From the NCBI GenBank assembly GCA_963702425.1, contig CAVPCQ010000032.1, positions 32,001 to 96,000 of the forward strand: a stretch of 64,000 nt of DNA, read 5' to 3'. Shown here one piece after another: positions 30,301-41,419 of this stretch. The stretch is from an uncultured Acidobacteriota bacterium. Its GTDB lineage: Bacteria; Acidobacteriota; Polarisedimenticolia; J045. The number at the start of each line of letters is the position of its first letter. Position 1 is the stretch's first letter. The notes under the pieces were generated by a model. It had not been told where the DNA came from, did not search any database, and was given only the letters and a program-made list of their open reading frames with translations. The translations under genes were made by a program, and so were the position numbers.

Positions 30301-31404
30301 GGTTCCGGTCGTCGCCGCGGTCAGCCCCGCCGGGCCCCAGCGCCGCACTTTCGGGTTGGTCTTGAAGTCGGCGAAGGCCACGGGGCCGGCCGGAATCGCG
30401 GTCGCCGGTTTGATCGTCACCTCGTCGCCCGCGGCGTGCGCGACCTGGACCATCACGCCCGGCTGGCCGGCCAGCTCGCGCTCGTCGTCGACCAGCTCGA
30501 TCCAGTCGTCCTGCGCGATGCGCTCGGTTTCGTCGCGGCCGATCGAGGCGACCCGGAGCCGATCGGAGGCGCTTCCCATCCCGAGCCAGCGGGTGACGAT
30601 CGCCCCGTTGTCGCGCGACCACTTGAAGCGCGCCTTGCCCGTTCCGTCGACGTCGTGGATCTCGACCCGGTAGAGCTGGTTCTCGGGCCCGCGGTATCCC
30701 CCCGCGGGCGACACGCTGCACGGGTTGGCCGGCGGCGGCAGCTCGACCGTCTTCGCCTCGAGCGTCCCGCGCTGCGGGGCCAGGAGCTTCGTCCATGCCT
30801 CAGGCCGGCTGTCGCAGCCCGATCCTGCCGGAACGGCGAGCATTCGGACCTGCGCGATCGTCTTGGTCCGGGTCGCGGTGTCGGGCCCGCCCGGCCCGAG
30901 TGCCGTCTCGCGCAGCAACGGATCGTCGAGCGCGGTGAGGTGCCGCTGCCAGACGTCGAGGTACGCGAAGTAGGTGCCCGCCGGCGGCGGGAACGCCACC
31001 TGCTTGCCATCGGCCAGCGTGACGAGCGTCGCCGTTTTCGCCGGCGGCAGGTCGGGCTGGACGTCGATCGCGACGATCCGCTCGTTCTCGGCCAGCACCC
31101 CGTCGACGTAGTAGCGCCCCGCGGAGACGAGCAGCGCCGCACCGGCGGGCGGGTTCGCATTGCCCGGGAGGGCCTTCTCGTCCGGCGTCAGCTCGGCCAC
31201 GCTCGCGACGAGGTGGAAGCCGGGTGCGTGCAGCGGCGCGCCGGACGGGCCGACGACGTCGACGGTCTCGGTCTCGATCCGGTGAGCGAGGATGTCGTGC
31301 TCCTCGTTCCAGTCCGCGTCGAGCAGGACCCTGCCCTGCTGGAGCCGCACGCTGCTGTACCGCCGTTCGGGACGGAACGTGAGTCGCGTGAAGTCGCCTT
31401 TCAT
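27372..31404 (-). CDS. eCIS DUF6519-type large tail/fibre-associated protein, frameshift near 29880
   Basis: MKGDFTRLTF..QQGRVLLDADWNE, ENQLYRVEIH, FKWSRDNG, GDYWTIPAR, HGWGVVCGL; propeller-like middle; coiled-coil end. Confidence 0.8.
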
Positions 31405-31425
31405 GTGAGTCGCCCTCTCGTCGGT

Positions 31426-33750
31426 TCAGGTCACGAAGAAGAACCCGGCCTCGAGCCCGACGCGGAGGTACTCCGCGAGGCTCTGGCGCAGGTTCGACTC
31501 GCGTTGCGGCTGTTGCAGGAAGGAGTACGCGCCCATCTCGGATCCGTCCTCGGCTCCGGTCCGGATCTCCGGCGCCGAGCTGCTCGCGAGCTGCACGTAC
31601 GCGGCGTGGCCGTACTCGAGATTCTCGAACTGCGGAACGAGGCGGCCTTCGATCGCGTCGGCCTCCGCCGCGGTGAGATCGGTCCCCTTGGCCGCGGTTG
31701 CGGCCGCGAGCGCGAGGTCGGGCTGGCAGCGGAAACGACGGGGGGTGCGTGACCCCGCGGCGAGGTAGGAGAAGCGCGCGCAGCCGGTCTGGCGGCGCGC
31801 GGCGACGACGGGCGCGGTCGCGATCGAGTTCGAGATCGAGAGCGTCTTCGCGGTCGTGCTCCCGACGATCGTCACGCGCTCGAGGTCGAGCTGCTGCAGG
31901 GGGGCGTCGATCGCGACCCCGCCCTGCGCGTCGACGATGCTGTCCCGAACCGCGAGCGACGGCGCGGGCCCGGCGATCGCAACGCTGGCGACGACGGACC
32001 ACGCGACCTCGACGGCGAGCCGCGGGTTGTCCCCCTCGATCGCGACGCCACCCGCACCGGGCACCAGCGTCGCGTGGTGGAGCGCCAGCGCGCCGAGATG
32101 GCCCGACACGGGATTCCCGCCGGAGTCGCTGGCTGCGCCCTTCACCGTGATCGACCCCTCGAGCAGCAGGCCGTTGACGACGAGCGTGCCGGGATCGGGC
32201 GACGCTGCGGGCGCGGCCCCCTCGACCTCGAGCTGCCCGGCGAAGTGCGGACGGGTCTCGTCGGCGCGGAACCGCCCCGGGCGGCGTTCGAAGACCCCCG
32301 GCGAGCCCGCGACCGGCTCGGCCGGCCAGTCCGCTCCGACGATCAGCAGCTTCGAGCGCTCGGGGATCCGGATCGGCGGGACCGGCGAAGAGGCGTCCTC
32401 GAACTCCGACGTGCTGTCCATGAGGACGATCACGCCGGTGGTTCCGGGCGGCTGCGCGTTCCACGCCGCGACCGCGTCGGCCAGGCGGGTGAAGATCGTT
32501 TCGCTCCCCTTCGGTGCGGCCACGCGCGAGACGCCGACCTGCCAGTCGGGCGTCGCGAAGGCGGCCGGGATCGAGGACGAGCGGTCGTAGGGGCCGCCGC
32601 CGATATCCGCGGGAAAGCCGTAGCGGAAGGTCACGAAGACCCGCTCGGGAACGACGCCCGCCGCGAACGCGAGGCGGCCCGACTGGGGGTCGAGCGACAC
32701 GTCGATCGGGAGCGCGACGGTCCCGCCGTCACGCCGGGCGTAGCTGCGGGTCGCGGGCGGCCGGTGCCAGTCCGCCGGCGAAGGGGCCGGAGGCGGTGGG
32801 TCCGCGAGGTGGCAGATCGCGATCCGCGCGGGCGGGATCTCGACGAGCCCGCTCCCCCCGGGCGGCTGCCACAGCACGCGCAGGACCGGATTCGCGGGAT
32901 CGAACCAGGTGCGCGGCGGCGGCGGCTCGCCGTCCGCGATCGCCTGCCGTTCGGCCTCGAGCTCGGCGTGGAGCGCCCGGCGCCGGAGCGGGCCGGGGAC
33001 GTTGGCCTCTCCGGCGAGCGTCGCGAGGCTCTGCTCGGTGCGCGGCGCGTTGAACAGCGGTCCGCTGAAGCCGAGGGGGCTGAAGGTGTAGCGCCCGTCC
33101 GGCGGGTCGGTGACCGCGCGCGGGGTGGCGTAGTCCGCTGGAAGGCCGCCCGGAACCTCGGGGTCGCGGCCCACCGGGTAGGCCCCGAGCCGCCAGAGGA
33201 ACAGCCCGACGTTGGGGATCGCATAGCGGCCGCGCCGGAGCGCGACGTTCCGCACCTCGAGCGTGTGCGCCGCGCGCTCGAACGGGCCGTGCACCAGCTC
33301 GGCCGCCGAGCCGTCACGCAGCGAGAGCGTGGCGGGGGCATGGAGCCGCGGGTGGTTGGCGTGCTGGCTGACGGCGAGCCGCTCGAAGAACTCGACCGCC
33401 CGCGCCGGCCATCCCGTGACGTCTCGCGCGAGCTGCTCGAGCATCGTCGCCGTTCCCTTGCGGCGGCGGTGGCCGATCGTGTTCGCGACCCAGGCGCGCT
33501 GGCTGAAGGTCTTGGGGGTGACCCGGTGGAGTCCCTTCACGGCCAGCAGGTCGCCGATGTAGGGAACCAGCCACTCCTCGCAGGTCTCGATGAACCAGCC
33601 GTCGTAGAGCCGGTCGACGTCGCGCTCGACGAGTTCCGCCTCGCGGGCGAGGACCTCGATCAGCGCCCGCAGCGCCCCCCCCGATTCCGCGTCGCGGATC
33701 CGGTGGACCGACGGCAGCATCGTCCAGAGCGCGTCGGCGTCGAGGCTCAT
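31426..33750 (-). CDS. eCIS baseplate wedge / tail protein I-like with beta-helix-like C-terminus
   Basis: LPSVHRIRD, WFIETCEEWLVPYIGDL, RRRKGT..LEQLARDVTGW, EMGAY. Confidence 0.8.
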   Translation of the reverse strand: MSLDADALWTMLPSVHRIRDAESGGALRALIEVLAREAELVERDVDRLYDGWFIETCEEWLVPYIGDLLAVKGLHRVTPKTFSQRAWVANTIGHRRRKGTATMLEQLARDVTGWPARAVEFFERLAVSQHANHPRLHAPATLSLRDGSAAELVHGPFERAAHTLEVRNVALRRGRYAIPNVGLFLWRLGAYPVGRDPEVPGGLPADYATPRAVTDPPDGRYTFSPLGFSGPLFNAPRTEQSLATLAGEANVPGPLRRRALHAELEAERQAIADGEPPPPRTWFDPANPVLRVLWQPPGGSGLVEIPPARIAICHLADPPPPAPSPADWHRPPATRSYARRDGGTVALPIDVSLDPQSGRLAFAAGVVPERVFVTFRYGFPADIGGGPYDRSSSIPAAFATPDWQVGVSRVAAPKGSETIFTRLADAVAAWNAQPPGTTGVIVLMDSTSEFEDASSPVPPIRIPERSKLLIVGADWPAEPVAGSPGVFERRPGRFRADETRPHFAGQLEVEGAAPAASPDPGTLVVNGLLLEGSITVKGAASDSGGNPVSGHLGALALHHATLVPGAGGVAIEGDNPRLAVEVAWSVVASVAIAGPAPSLAVRDSIVDAQGGVAIDAPLQQLDLERVTIVGSTTAKTLSISNSIATAPVVAARRQTGCARFSYLAAGSRTPRRFRCQPDLALAAATAAKGTDLTAAEADAIEGRLVPQFENLEYGHAAYVQLASSSAPEIRTGAEDGSEMGAYSFLQQPQRESNLRQSLAEYLRVGLEAGFFFVT

Positions 33751-36319
33751 GCGAGGGTCTCCCTGACGTCGATCCCGGCGGGATCGATCACGAGGATCTC
33801 CGCCGGCGCGACCCCGTCGGCGTCGGGCCGCGCTCCGCGGGACGGAAGCACGTCTTCGGGCTCCGGGCCGGCCGTCGCCCCGATCAGCGCGAACGTGTCG
33901 AGGTCGGCTGCGATCACGCCGGGGACCGACTGGATCACCGCCAGCACGCGGCTCGCCGCGAGCGACCGCGCGAACTCCATCGCCTCGAACGAAAACGCGT
34001 CCAGCAGCGCGGCCGTGACCGCCGTCTCCACCTCGGCCCGCACGCGGCGCGGATCGACCTTGAGCCGTGCGCCGACGCGGAACGGGAGCAGAGTGCGCGA
34101 CGCGAGGACGACCGGGACGAGCGCGTGGCGCGCGTCGTCGATCGCGGTCCGGAGCGCTTTCGCGGTGTCCGACGCCGGCTCGACGGCAGCGCCCTCCGGT
34201 CCCGCCAGGGTCAGGTGCACGACCCGCCGCGCGCCGTCCCAGGCGAAGTCGCCGCGCGCCTTCGCGATCCCCGAGAAGCCCTGCGCGAAGCTCTCGTAGT
34301 CCGCGAGCGACACGATGCGGTCGAGGGTGAGCACCGTCAGCGGCGCGTTCTGCCGCGCGGCGTCGAGCGACTCCGGGTCGTCGCCACCTTCGGGCGCGAT
34401 CGGGTTGAGCACCTCGCGGACGCCGAGCGGCCGCGTCATCAGGAGGCTGACTTGCCGCGCGCGGACCATGCCGGCGAGACCCGTCCCGGCGCGGTAGCTC
34501 GCCTCGACGTTCTCCGATCCGGTCGGCAGCCGGGCGCCGCGCCGGCCATCGCCGAAGATCAAGTTCACCTTCCCGTCGTCGTTGATCCGCACGACGTAGC
34601 GTGCGTCGGCGGGCCCGCTCTCGAAGAACGACCGCGCCTCGTCCCAGAGAACTCCGTTGACCCGGACTGCGAGCGTGCTCCGGCCGCCCGAGGCGTTCGC
34701 GGCGCGGACGTGGGTCAGCGGCGACTGCCGCAGGGTGAAGCGCTGGAGCGGCCGGGAGGCGTCGCCGCTGCCCAGGACCTCCTTCCAGGATTGCCCGTGG
34801 GTCGCCGGCGCGACGTTGGCGTTGATGCGGACCGAGGCGCGGCGGTAGTCGTGCGCCAGGTCGCCCTCGAACTCGAGCTGCGTCCGGCCGGACACCTCCG
34901 CCACCGCGGTGAGCGCGCGGACCTCGGCCGCCGGCTCACCCCCGGGGTGGCACGTTCCGCTCACCGCGACGCGCCGCCCCACCGACAGCCCTGCCACCCG
35001 GCCCTCGAGCACGACGAAGTTGCGCGGCATCGGCTCGGGCTCCGGCGCCTCCGCCACGACGAGCGGATCGGCAACGGCGAAGACCGTCGTGTCGCGCGGC
35101 TTGAAGGAGGCGATCCCCGAGCCGAAAAGCTCGAGCCGCGTCGTCTTCGCCGAGACGTTCTCGACGACGAGACTTTCCTCGGAGACGGCGTCCACCCGGA
35201 AGAGACCGGTTCGGCTGGGGGAGGAGAGGACCACCCAGCCCGGCGCAACGATCTCGGGGTAGACGGTGTCGAGATTGATCACCGTCGTGCCCGCGACGTA
35301 GTACTGGTCGGCCCACACGGCGATCATGTTCGACGCCGGTGCGCTGGCGAGGGCTTTTTGGACGCCTTCTCGGCCACGATCGGCGCGGCCTCCTCGCCGG
35401 CGGGCACCATCGCCTCGAGGATCGGCTGCGCCGCCAGCTCGACCATGCCGTCCGCCAGCTCGAGCCACTCCGAGGCAGCTTCGACGAGCAGCCCGACCGC
35501 AATCGAGTTGTGGCCGAAGATCGACGCCCGCGTGCGGAACGCGTACAGCGTGGTCGCGGGGGAGGCCTGGGCGCCGAGCGCCGGCGACCACGTGATGTGC
35601 GTGCGGTTCGCCACCCCGTCGGCGGTGACGGTGACGATCCGCCGGAACTCCCAGGCGCTCGGGAAGCCGGACGCGACCGTGTGCACGAACAGCACGCCGT
35701 CGCCGCGGCGCAGCCCGGTCGCGGTCCCTTCGAGCGCGAGCGCGGTGCTCCCCGGCCCGGGGGCGGTCCGGGCGGTGAGCTGCGGCCGGAGCTCGTTCCA
35801 GGTGGGCCGCGCCTCGATCTCTGCGGTGGTTTCGAAGACCTGGGGCAGCTCGTCCTGTCCGGGGATGCTCTGCGCCCTGGTCCCCGCCGGGATCACGGTG
35901 CTCTCTGGCGCCCCGGGAGTGGTCTCGCAGGCGAACGCCAGCCAGGTGGAAGCCGCGACGCCGGGCGATAGCTCGTAGCCGATCGCACGCGCCAGCTCGA
36001 GCACCGAGCGGCGCTCCTCGGCCGTCCTCAGGTAGCCCTCGTTCGCGATCCGCTCGCTGTAGAAGGTGAGCACGTCGAGCGCGGCCGCGAAGGCGTCGGC
36101 GATCGCGATCGACGGGTCGGCGTCGTCGCGGGCGGTCAGCCCGGCGAGGGCCGGCTTCGTGCCGAGGCCGGCCAGGAGGCTGGCCTTGAACCGCGCGTGG
36201 GTCCCGACGCGCCGCGCGAGCCGCGCCTGCCCGGGCGGCGTGCCGGCCGGCACGGGCGTCTCGGGCGCGGCGCCCTCGCAGCAGCCGCAATCGGAGAGCC
36301 GGATGTCGTCGCTGCTCAC
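33747..36319 (-). CDS. eCIS baseplate J-like assembly protein, frameshift near 35350
   Basis: DVLTFYSERIANEGYLRTA, ANVAPATHG, FGDGRRGARLPTG, GGDDPES, DRIVSLADYE. Confidence 0.85.
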
Positions 36320-38766
36320 AGTCCGCCTCCCGCGTTGATCTCCAACCGCCCCGCCTCGGGCCGGCTGCGGTCGTTGGCCAGCTCGAGGATCTCGAACGGC
36401 CCGGCGGCGATCGCGCCGGCCGCCAGTTCCCCTGCGGCCGGCTTGCCCCAGCGCTGGAACCGTGTGACGTCCACGTAGTCCACGCCTGCTACCGCGCTCG
36501 CGGCGGCGTAGAGCTGGCTCAGGTAGAGCGTGTCGCCGAAGCTGAACCGGTCGGGATGGAAGAACCCCGTGCCGCCGCCGGCCAGCGCACCGCTCCCGAG
36601 CACGGCGAGCAGCGCACGCTTGACCTCCGACGCGAAGTAGCCCGGCCGGACACAGACCTCGAGCGCGATGTCGAGCGGCACGAACCGCGGCGATTCGACC
36701 TCGAGGTCGTAGCCGGCGAGCCGGAAGCGTTCGAGGTGGTCGCGCAGCTCGTCGCGGAACGGGCCGTCGACCGGCCGGCCGGCCCGCCGGTCGATCGAGA
36801 GCAACACCGTGAACCAGCTCCCGGTCCACCGGAAGCGCGCGGCCGCGCGCTGAACCTCGGGGTGGAGTCCCGCCGCGCGGGCGTAGTCGGCCGCGGTCAC
36901 CGCGCGCTCCTGGACGCGGAACGCGACCGGCGCGTCGAGCCTCACCCGCTCGAGCGGCTCGGGGTCGGTCCCGCCACGGGCGGGGAGCGGGTTGCGGACG
37001 GCCGCGACTCCGCCTGTGGCAAGGACGACCTGGCGCAGGCTGCCCGGCCCGACGTTCCCGGCAGCCCCGGTGCCGACGCGGTAGCTGGACCTGAAGCCCG
37101 CCCCGGGACTGGGGCGCTTGCCCTGCACGCCGTCGCCGAACCTGAGGAACGCCGTCCGGTCGTTCTCCGGCTCGACCACGAACTCCGGCGCGAAGCGCTC
37201 ACTGCCGAGGAGGTCGCGCCGCGGCGACCAGCGGTCGCCGTCGCCGTCGAGCGCCACGGCCGGCAGCGCGGCGCGCGGATCCTGCTCGAGCGCCGCCGCG
37301 GCGGGAGTTCGCCGCGCGGCGACGGGATCGAACGGAACGGCGTAGGTCAGGTCGCGCCGCGCGAGGCGAGGCCGCCAGCTCGTGCCCTCCGGCGGCGAGG
37401 CGGGCTCGAGCGGCTCGTTCGCCACTGAGCGGCCGTGATCGGCCAGCACGACGTTCGCGCGCGCGACGCTGACGTCCGGAACCAGGGTCCCTTCGCCGTC
37501 GCGGCCGGAAAGGCAGAGCGGGAAGCGCAGCGCGTCCTCCGCGTCCCACTCGATCTCGACGATCCGCGTCCCGTCGAGCGGATCGGCCACCGCCCGCACC
37601 GCCGTCAGCCGGACCACCTGCCGGTGCGCGGGATCGGCGTCCGCAGCGATCCCGCTCCGTGGCCCGGCCACCTCCTCGAAGACGACGAGATCCCCTGCCG
37701 CGAGGCCGGCCGCCGGGTCGTCGCGCAGCGTCGCCCGGGTCGCGCCGGCCGGCAGGCAGCACTCCTCGTCGCCGAAGGTGTGGAAGCGGATCGTGTTCCG
37801 CGCGGCGGAGAGCGCCACGCCTTCGATCGTTTCGAAGACCGCCGGATGCGCCTCGAGCGCCGCGTCGAGATCGGCGGGAGCGAGCACCGGCGGTGCGTCG
37901 AGCGGCGCGGTCAGGAGCGTCGTCCCGGCCGGGAGCGCGGCACCGTCGGCCGCCCCGCCCGGCGTGACCTCGAACACCACGAACGCCCGCGCGTTGCACC
38001 CCTCGTGGACGAAGTAGTCGAGCAGCCGGGCGTGGCGACGCACCGAGGTCCGGCGCCTCGCGGTGCCCAGGTACGCTTCGGTCGCCACCGCGTCCTGGTA
38101 GTAGCTCAGGTGGTCGGCCGCGTAGGCGAGCAGCTCGACCAGCGTGACGCCGAGGTCGGCCGGGCTGCGATCGCGCCAGTCGGGAGCGAGCGCGGCGATC
38201 CGATCGAGCATCATCCGCCGGATGCTCGCGTAGTCGCGGGCCAGGTAGTCGAGCACCGGCTCTTCGCGCACGACGGGCGGGCACACCGGCACCGGCCGGC
38301 AGTCGAACTCGGAAGGACACTCGACCTTGAACGAGAACTCGATCTCCGAGAGCAGCGGGTCGAGATCGGCGAGCGGCGAGCCGGCTGCGTCCACCAGCCG
38401 CAACCGGTAGGTGGAGAAGTCCCCCTCCGAGTCGGTCCGCACCACGAGCACCTGCCGGGGCGACGGGAGCGCGCCGAAGAACGTCCGCTCGGCCGCGGTC
38501 GCCGGGGGAACCGGCACGTCGTCGGCGCGGTGGACCCAGAGCACGTTCACCGGCGTGACGCGCACCCCTCCGACCAGCTCGAGGTTGGCCGCCACGAGCG
38601 CCGGCGCGTCCTTGAGCATCCGCACCAGGAGGGTGCGCTGGCGGGGGCTGGGGATCGGCTCCGCGTCGCGGTCGAGCACCTCGAGCACGTCGATCCCGTT
38701 GAGGGTCGGGTGTCCGGCCACCTGGACGCGGCGGCGCTCGTGACGGCAGCGGAACTGGACGGCCAT
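36316..38766 (-). CDS. eCIS baseplate J-like assembly protein
   Basis: DYLARDYAS, LSYYQDAVATEAYLGTA, RFGDGVQG, GGTDPE, RAVTAADY. Confidence 0.88.
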   Translation of the reverse strand: MAVQFRCRHERRRVQVAGHPTLNGIDVLEVLDRDAEPIPSPRQRTLLVRMLKDAPALVAANLELVGGVRVTPVNVLWVHRADDVPVPPATAAERTFFGALPSPRQVLVVRTDSEGDFSTYRLRLVDAAGSPLADLDPLLSEIEFSFKVECPSEFDCRPVPVCPPVVREEPVLDYLARDYASIRRMMLDRIAALAPDWRDRSPADLGVTLVELLAYAADHLSYYQDAVATEAYLGTARRRTSVRRHARLLDYFVHEGCNARAFVVFEVTPGGAADGAALPAGTTLLTAPLDAPPVLAPADLDAALEAHPAVFETIEGVALSAARNTIRFHTFGDEECCLPAGATRATLRDDPAAGLAAGDLVVFEEVAGPRSGIAADADPAHRQVVRLTAVRAVADPLDGTRIVEIEWDAEDALRFPLCLSGRDGEGTLVPDVSVARANVVLADHGRSVANEPLEPASPPEGTSWRPRLARRDLTYAVPFDPVAARRTPAAAALEQDPRAALPAVALDGDGDRWSPRRDLLGSERFAPEFVVEPENDRTAFLRFGDGVQGKRPSPGAGFRSSYRVGTGAAGNVGPGSLRQVVLATGGVAAVRNPLPARGGTDPEPLERVRLDAPVAFRVQERAVTAADYARAAGLHPEVQRAAARFRWTGSWFTVLLSIDRRAGRPVDGPFRDELRDHLERFRLAGYDLEVESPRFVPLDIALEVCVRPGYFASEVKRALLAVLGSGALAGGGTGFFHPDRFSFGDTLYLSQLYAAASAVAGVDYVDVTRFQRWGKPAAGELAAGAIAAGPFEILELANDRSRPEAGRLEINAGGGL

Positions 38767-38777
38767 CGCCCCTCCTC

Positions 38778-39140
38778 CTACACCGCGCGCTGGAACAAGG
38801 CGCGCTGCCGCTCGCCGCTCAGCCGGTCGACGTAGCTCACCGAGACGACCAGCGCGGCGTCGCGCCGCTCGATCTCGACGGCCTCGACCGCGATCTCGTC
38901 CGCCAGCCACTGCGAGAGCGCGCCCTGGACCGCGGCCTGCGTCGCCGTCACCAGCGTGTCGGAGAGCGGCGCGAACACGAGCTGCAGGACGCCGCAACCG
39001 AAGGTCGGCCGGTTCACGCGCTCGCCCGGCGCGGTGAAGAGGACCTGCTCGATCAGGTCGCGCAGGTACCCGGGCCGGTCCGCGGTCGCGGTCCGTCCCC
39101 GGCCGGAGATCACGAGCGGAAAGTCGATGTGCGTCGTCAT
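38778..39140 (-). CDS. gp25/GPW-like baseplate protein
   Basis: IEQVLFTAPGERVNRPTFGCG. Confidence 0.9.
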   Translation of the reverse strand: MTTHIDFPLVISGRGRTATADRPGYLRDLIEQVLFTAPGERVNRPTFGCGVLQLVFAPLSDTLVTATQAAVQGALSQWLADEIAVEAVEIERRDAALVVSVSYVDRLSGERQRALFQRAV

Positions 39141-39454
39141 GTCGCGATCACCCTCGTTTGCGTCGAAACGACGGCGAGCGGCGTGCCGGTCGGCGCGGCC
39201 AGCGACGCGCTGGCCGTCACCACGACCGGGATCCCGCCCGCGAGGACGCGCGTTGCGCCCGCCAGCCACTGCCCGGTCACGCAGGGCGGGCTGCCCGACC
39301 CCGACAGGCCGCATCCGGCAACGACCATCGGCGTCGTCAGCACGACCACCGGCATCCCGCTCACCGTGACGCGCGGGAAGGGCGCGACGGCCGTCGCGGT
39401 CCCGCCGTGGGAACAGAGGACCACGGCGCTCTGGTGGACGATCGGGCCCGGCAT
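39137..39454 (-). CDS. PAAR-like spike tip protein
   Basis: CSHGG, Cys-containing 105-aa protein directly after the spike gene. Confidence 0.7.
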   Translation of the reverse strand: MPGPIVHQSAVVLCSHGGTATAVAPFPRVTVSGMPVVVLTTPMVVAGCGLSGSGSPPCVTGQWLAGATRVLAGGIPVVVTASASLAAPTGTPLAVVSTQTRVIAT

Positions 39455-39466
39455 CGGCTCTCCCTG

Positions 39467-39982
39467 CTACACGACGCTCAGCGCGCCGTTGTTGATCGTC
39501 ACGGCGGGGCCGACCATCGTGATCATCGCCCCCTGGCCGTTCGAGATCGTGATTCCCGCCTCGCTGATCGAGATGAAGGCCCCGGTCACGTGCTTGAGCA
39601 GGATCCCACCGGTCGGTCCCGGCAGGTCGGAGATCAAGAGCGCCGTCTGGAGCTGCGTCTGCATGATGACGCTCGACAGCGGCGGCATCCCGGGCTGGAC
39701 GAGGGTCGGGATCTCGGCCGTGCTCCCGAACCAGCAGCCGCTCCAGATCGGGTAGTCGGGATTCCCCTGCTCGAACTCGACCCAGACTCCCGAGCCGACC
39801 TGCGGCACGGCGTAGAAGCCGAGCTGCTGGCCCGCGAACGGGAAGCACGGCATCGCCCAGCTCGACAGCCCGGCCCCGAGCACGTCGGGCACCTGCACCT
39901 GGACCCGGCCGATCCGCTCGGGGTCGAGGTTGTTGAGGACCACGCCGCGGTACTTGCCGTAGTAGCGACCGTCGCTGCTCAT
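39467..39982 (-). CDS. gp5/baseplate assembly V-like spike (OB-fold)
   Basis: YYGKYRGVV..DPERIGRVQVQVP..WAMP..PQVGSGVWVEFEQGNPDYPIW. Confidence 0.9.
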   Translation of the reverse strand: MSSDGRYYGKYRGVVLNNLDPERIGRVQVQVPDVLGAGLSSWAMPCFPFAGQQLGFYAVPQVGSGVWVEFEQGNPDYPIWSGCWFGSTAEIPTLVQPGMPPLSSVIMQTQLQTALLISDLPGPTGGILLKHVTGAFISISEAGITISNGQGAMITMVGPAVTINNGALSVV

Positions 39983-41106
39983 GCCGGCACCCCGGGAACC
40001 GTCGAGACGAGCCCGTTCCGGACCAGCGAGAAGCTCTGGCGGAACTCCCCGCGGCGGATGCGGCTCGTCACGCGGTTGACGTAGTAGAGCCCGTCGAACG
40101 CCAGGCCCGCCCCGCGCACCCCGACGAGTTGCCGGGCCTTGAGCACCCGGCCGTAGCGCAGCATGTCCAGGCTCCCTTCCCCCCGCACCGCGTCCTGCGA
40201 CCCCGCCGCGCGCGCGAGCCCCTTGGACAGCGCGGTCATCGGGGAGTCCTTCGCGGTGTCCTTGAGCAGCTCGATCTTCTTGATCCCGGGCGGGATCAGC
40301 CCCAGCGGCGGCTTGAGCAGGTCGATCGACGGCACGGGCAGCGGGATCGGGAACTTGGCGATCGGGTTCTGGATGAAGACCACGGGAAGCGTCGCATCGG
40401 TCTGCGCGATGCTGAACTGGAGCGACTCGACGTTGCTGTGGGCATCCATCCCGATGTTGAGTGCCGGCTGCGGCACGCCGACCCGGATCTCGGGTCCCCA
40501 GTACGCGGTGTTCGTCCCCGGCACCGGCCCCGGCTCGACGTAGAAGACGTAGCCGACCTCGCGGGCCAGCTCGTTGACGTAGGCGAGGTCGGTGCCGCGG
40601 TGGGTCGGGATGCGCGAAGTCGGGATCGGGACGTCGGGGAAGAGGCTCGGGACGACGACCGGGATCATCCCGAAAAGGGCGTACTTGGCGAGGATGACGA
40701 GGACGCGCGTCTCGACCGGCATCGCGGGGTACGGCAGGCCGTTCCACTCCTGCTGGTCCATCACCGCGGTCAGGTCCTCCCCGGTCACGGTGAGGGTCGC
40801 CTCGCCCGCCTCGTTCGCCGAGCCGAGCTCCTGGCGCGTGACCACCCCGTCGGCGAGGACGTGCGGCGTGCCGCCGAGCGTCACGACGACGACGACGCGC
40901 AGCCACGGAACCTGGTTGCCCGCGACGAGCAGGAGGGTGTGGAGCGGCGAGCGGTTCGAGATCTTGAACTGGAGCTGGAACCCGCTTCGGCTGCCCGCGC
41001 TCGAGGTCACCTCGACGCTGTCGAGCGCCTCGACGATCGGCCGCGGCGCCGGGATCGGCACCACCGGTCCGGCGAGCAGCGTGAGCTGGATTCCGGGGCT
41101 AGTCAC
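39979..41106 (-). CDS. Baseplate hub (gp27/late control D-like)
   Basis: TVTGEDL, GTDLAYV..LA..GYVFYVEPG, VGVRGAG..FDGLYYV. Confidence 0.8.
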   Translation of the reverse strand: MTSPGIQLTLLAGPVVPIPAPRPIVEALDSVEVTSSAGSRSGFQLQFKISNRSPLHTLLLVAGNQVPWLRVVVVVTLGGTPHVLADGVVTRQELGSANEAGEATLTVTGEDLTAVMDQQEWNGLPYPAMPVETRVLVILAKYALFGMIPVVVPSLFPDVPIPTSRIPTHRGTDLAYVNELAREVGYVFYVEPGPVPGTNTAYWGPEIRVGVPQPALNIGMDAHSNVESLQFSIAQTDATLPVVFIQNPIAKFPIPLPVPSIDLLKPPLGLIPPGIKKIELLKDTAKDSPMTALSKGLARAAGSQDAVRGEGSLDMLRYGRVLKARQLVGVRGAGLAFDGLYYVNRVTSRIRRGEFRQSFSLVRNGLVSTVPGVPA

Positions 41107-41419
41107 GCGACGGTCCTGCCAGGCCCTCGGGCAGGGTGATCCGGAGCCGGGTGCCCGGGACGAGCAGCTCGCGCGGGTTCATCGCGCCGTTGGCGTCGGC
41201 GAGGCGCCAGAACTGCTCCGGGTCGCCGAGGTAGGCCGCAGCGAGGTTGTCGAGGCGGTCGCCGTCCTCGACGAGGTGCTCGCGGATCGTCTCGAACCGC
41301 TCCTCGCCGGGGATGAAGCGGCGCTCGAGGTAGACGATCTCGCGCCCATCGGGGAGGACGAGCGTGCGCGTGGCCGTCGGCGCATAGCGGCTGGTCGGAG
41401 CGATCAGGTCGCGTCTCAC
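41099..41419 (-). CDS. LysM domain eCIS protein
   Basis: SRY..YLERRF..GDRLDNLAAAYLGDPEQFWRLADAN. Confidence 0.85.
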   Translation of the reverse strand: MRRDLIAPTSRYAPTATRTLVLPDGREIVYLERRFIPGEERFETIREHLVEDGDRLDNLAAAYLGDPEQFWRLADANGAMNPRELLVPGTRLRITLPEGLAGPSRD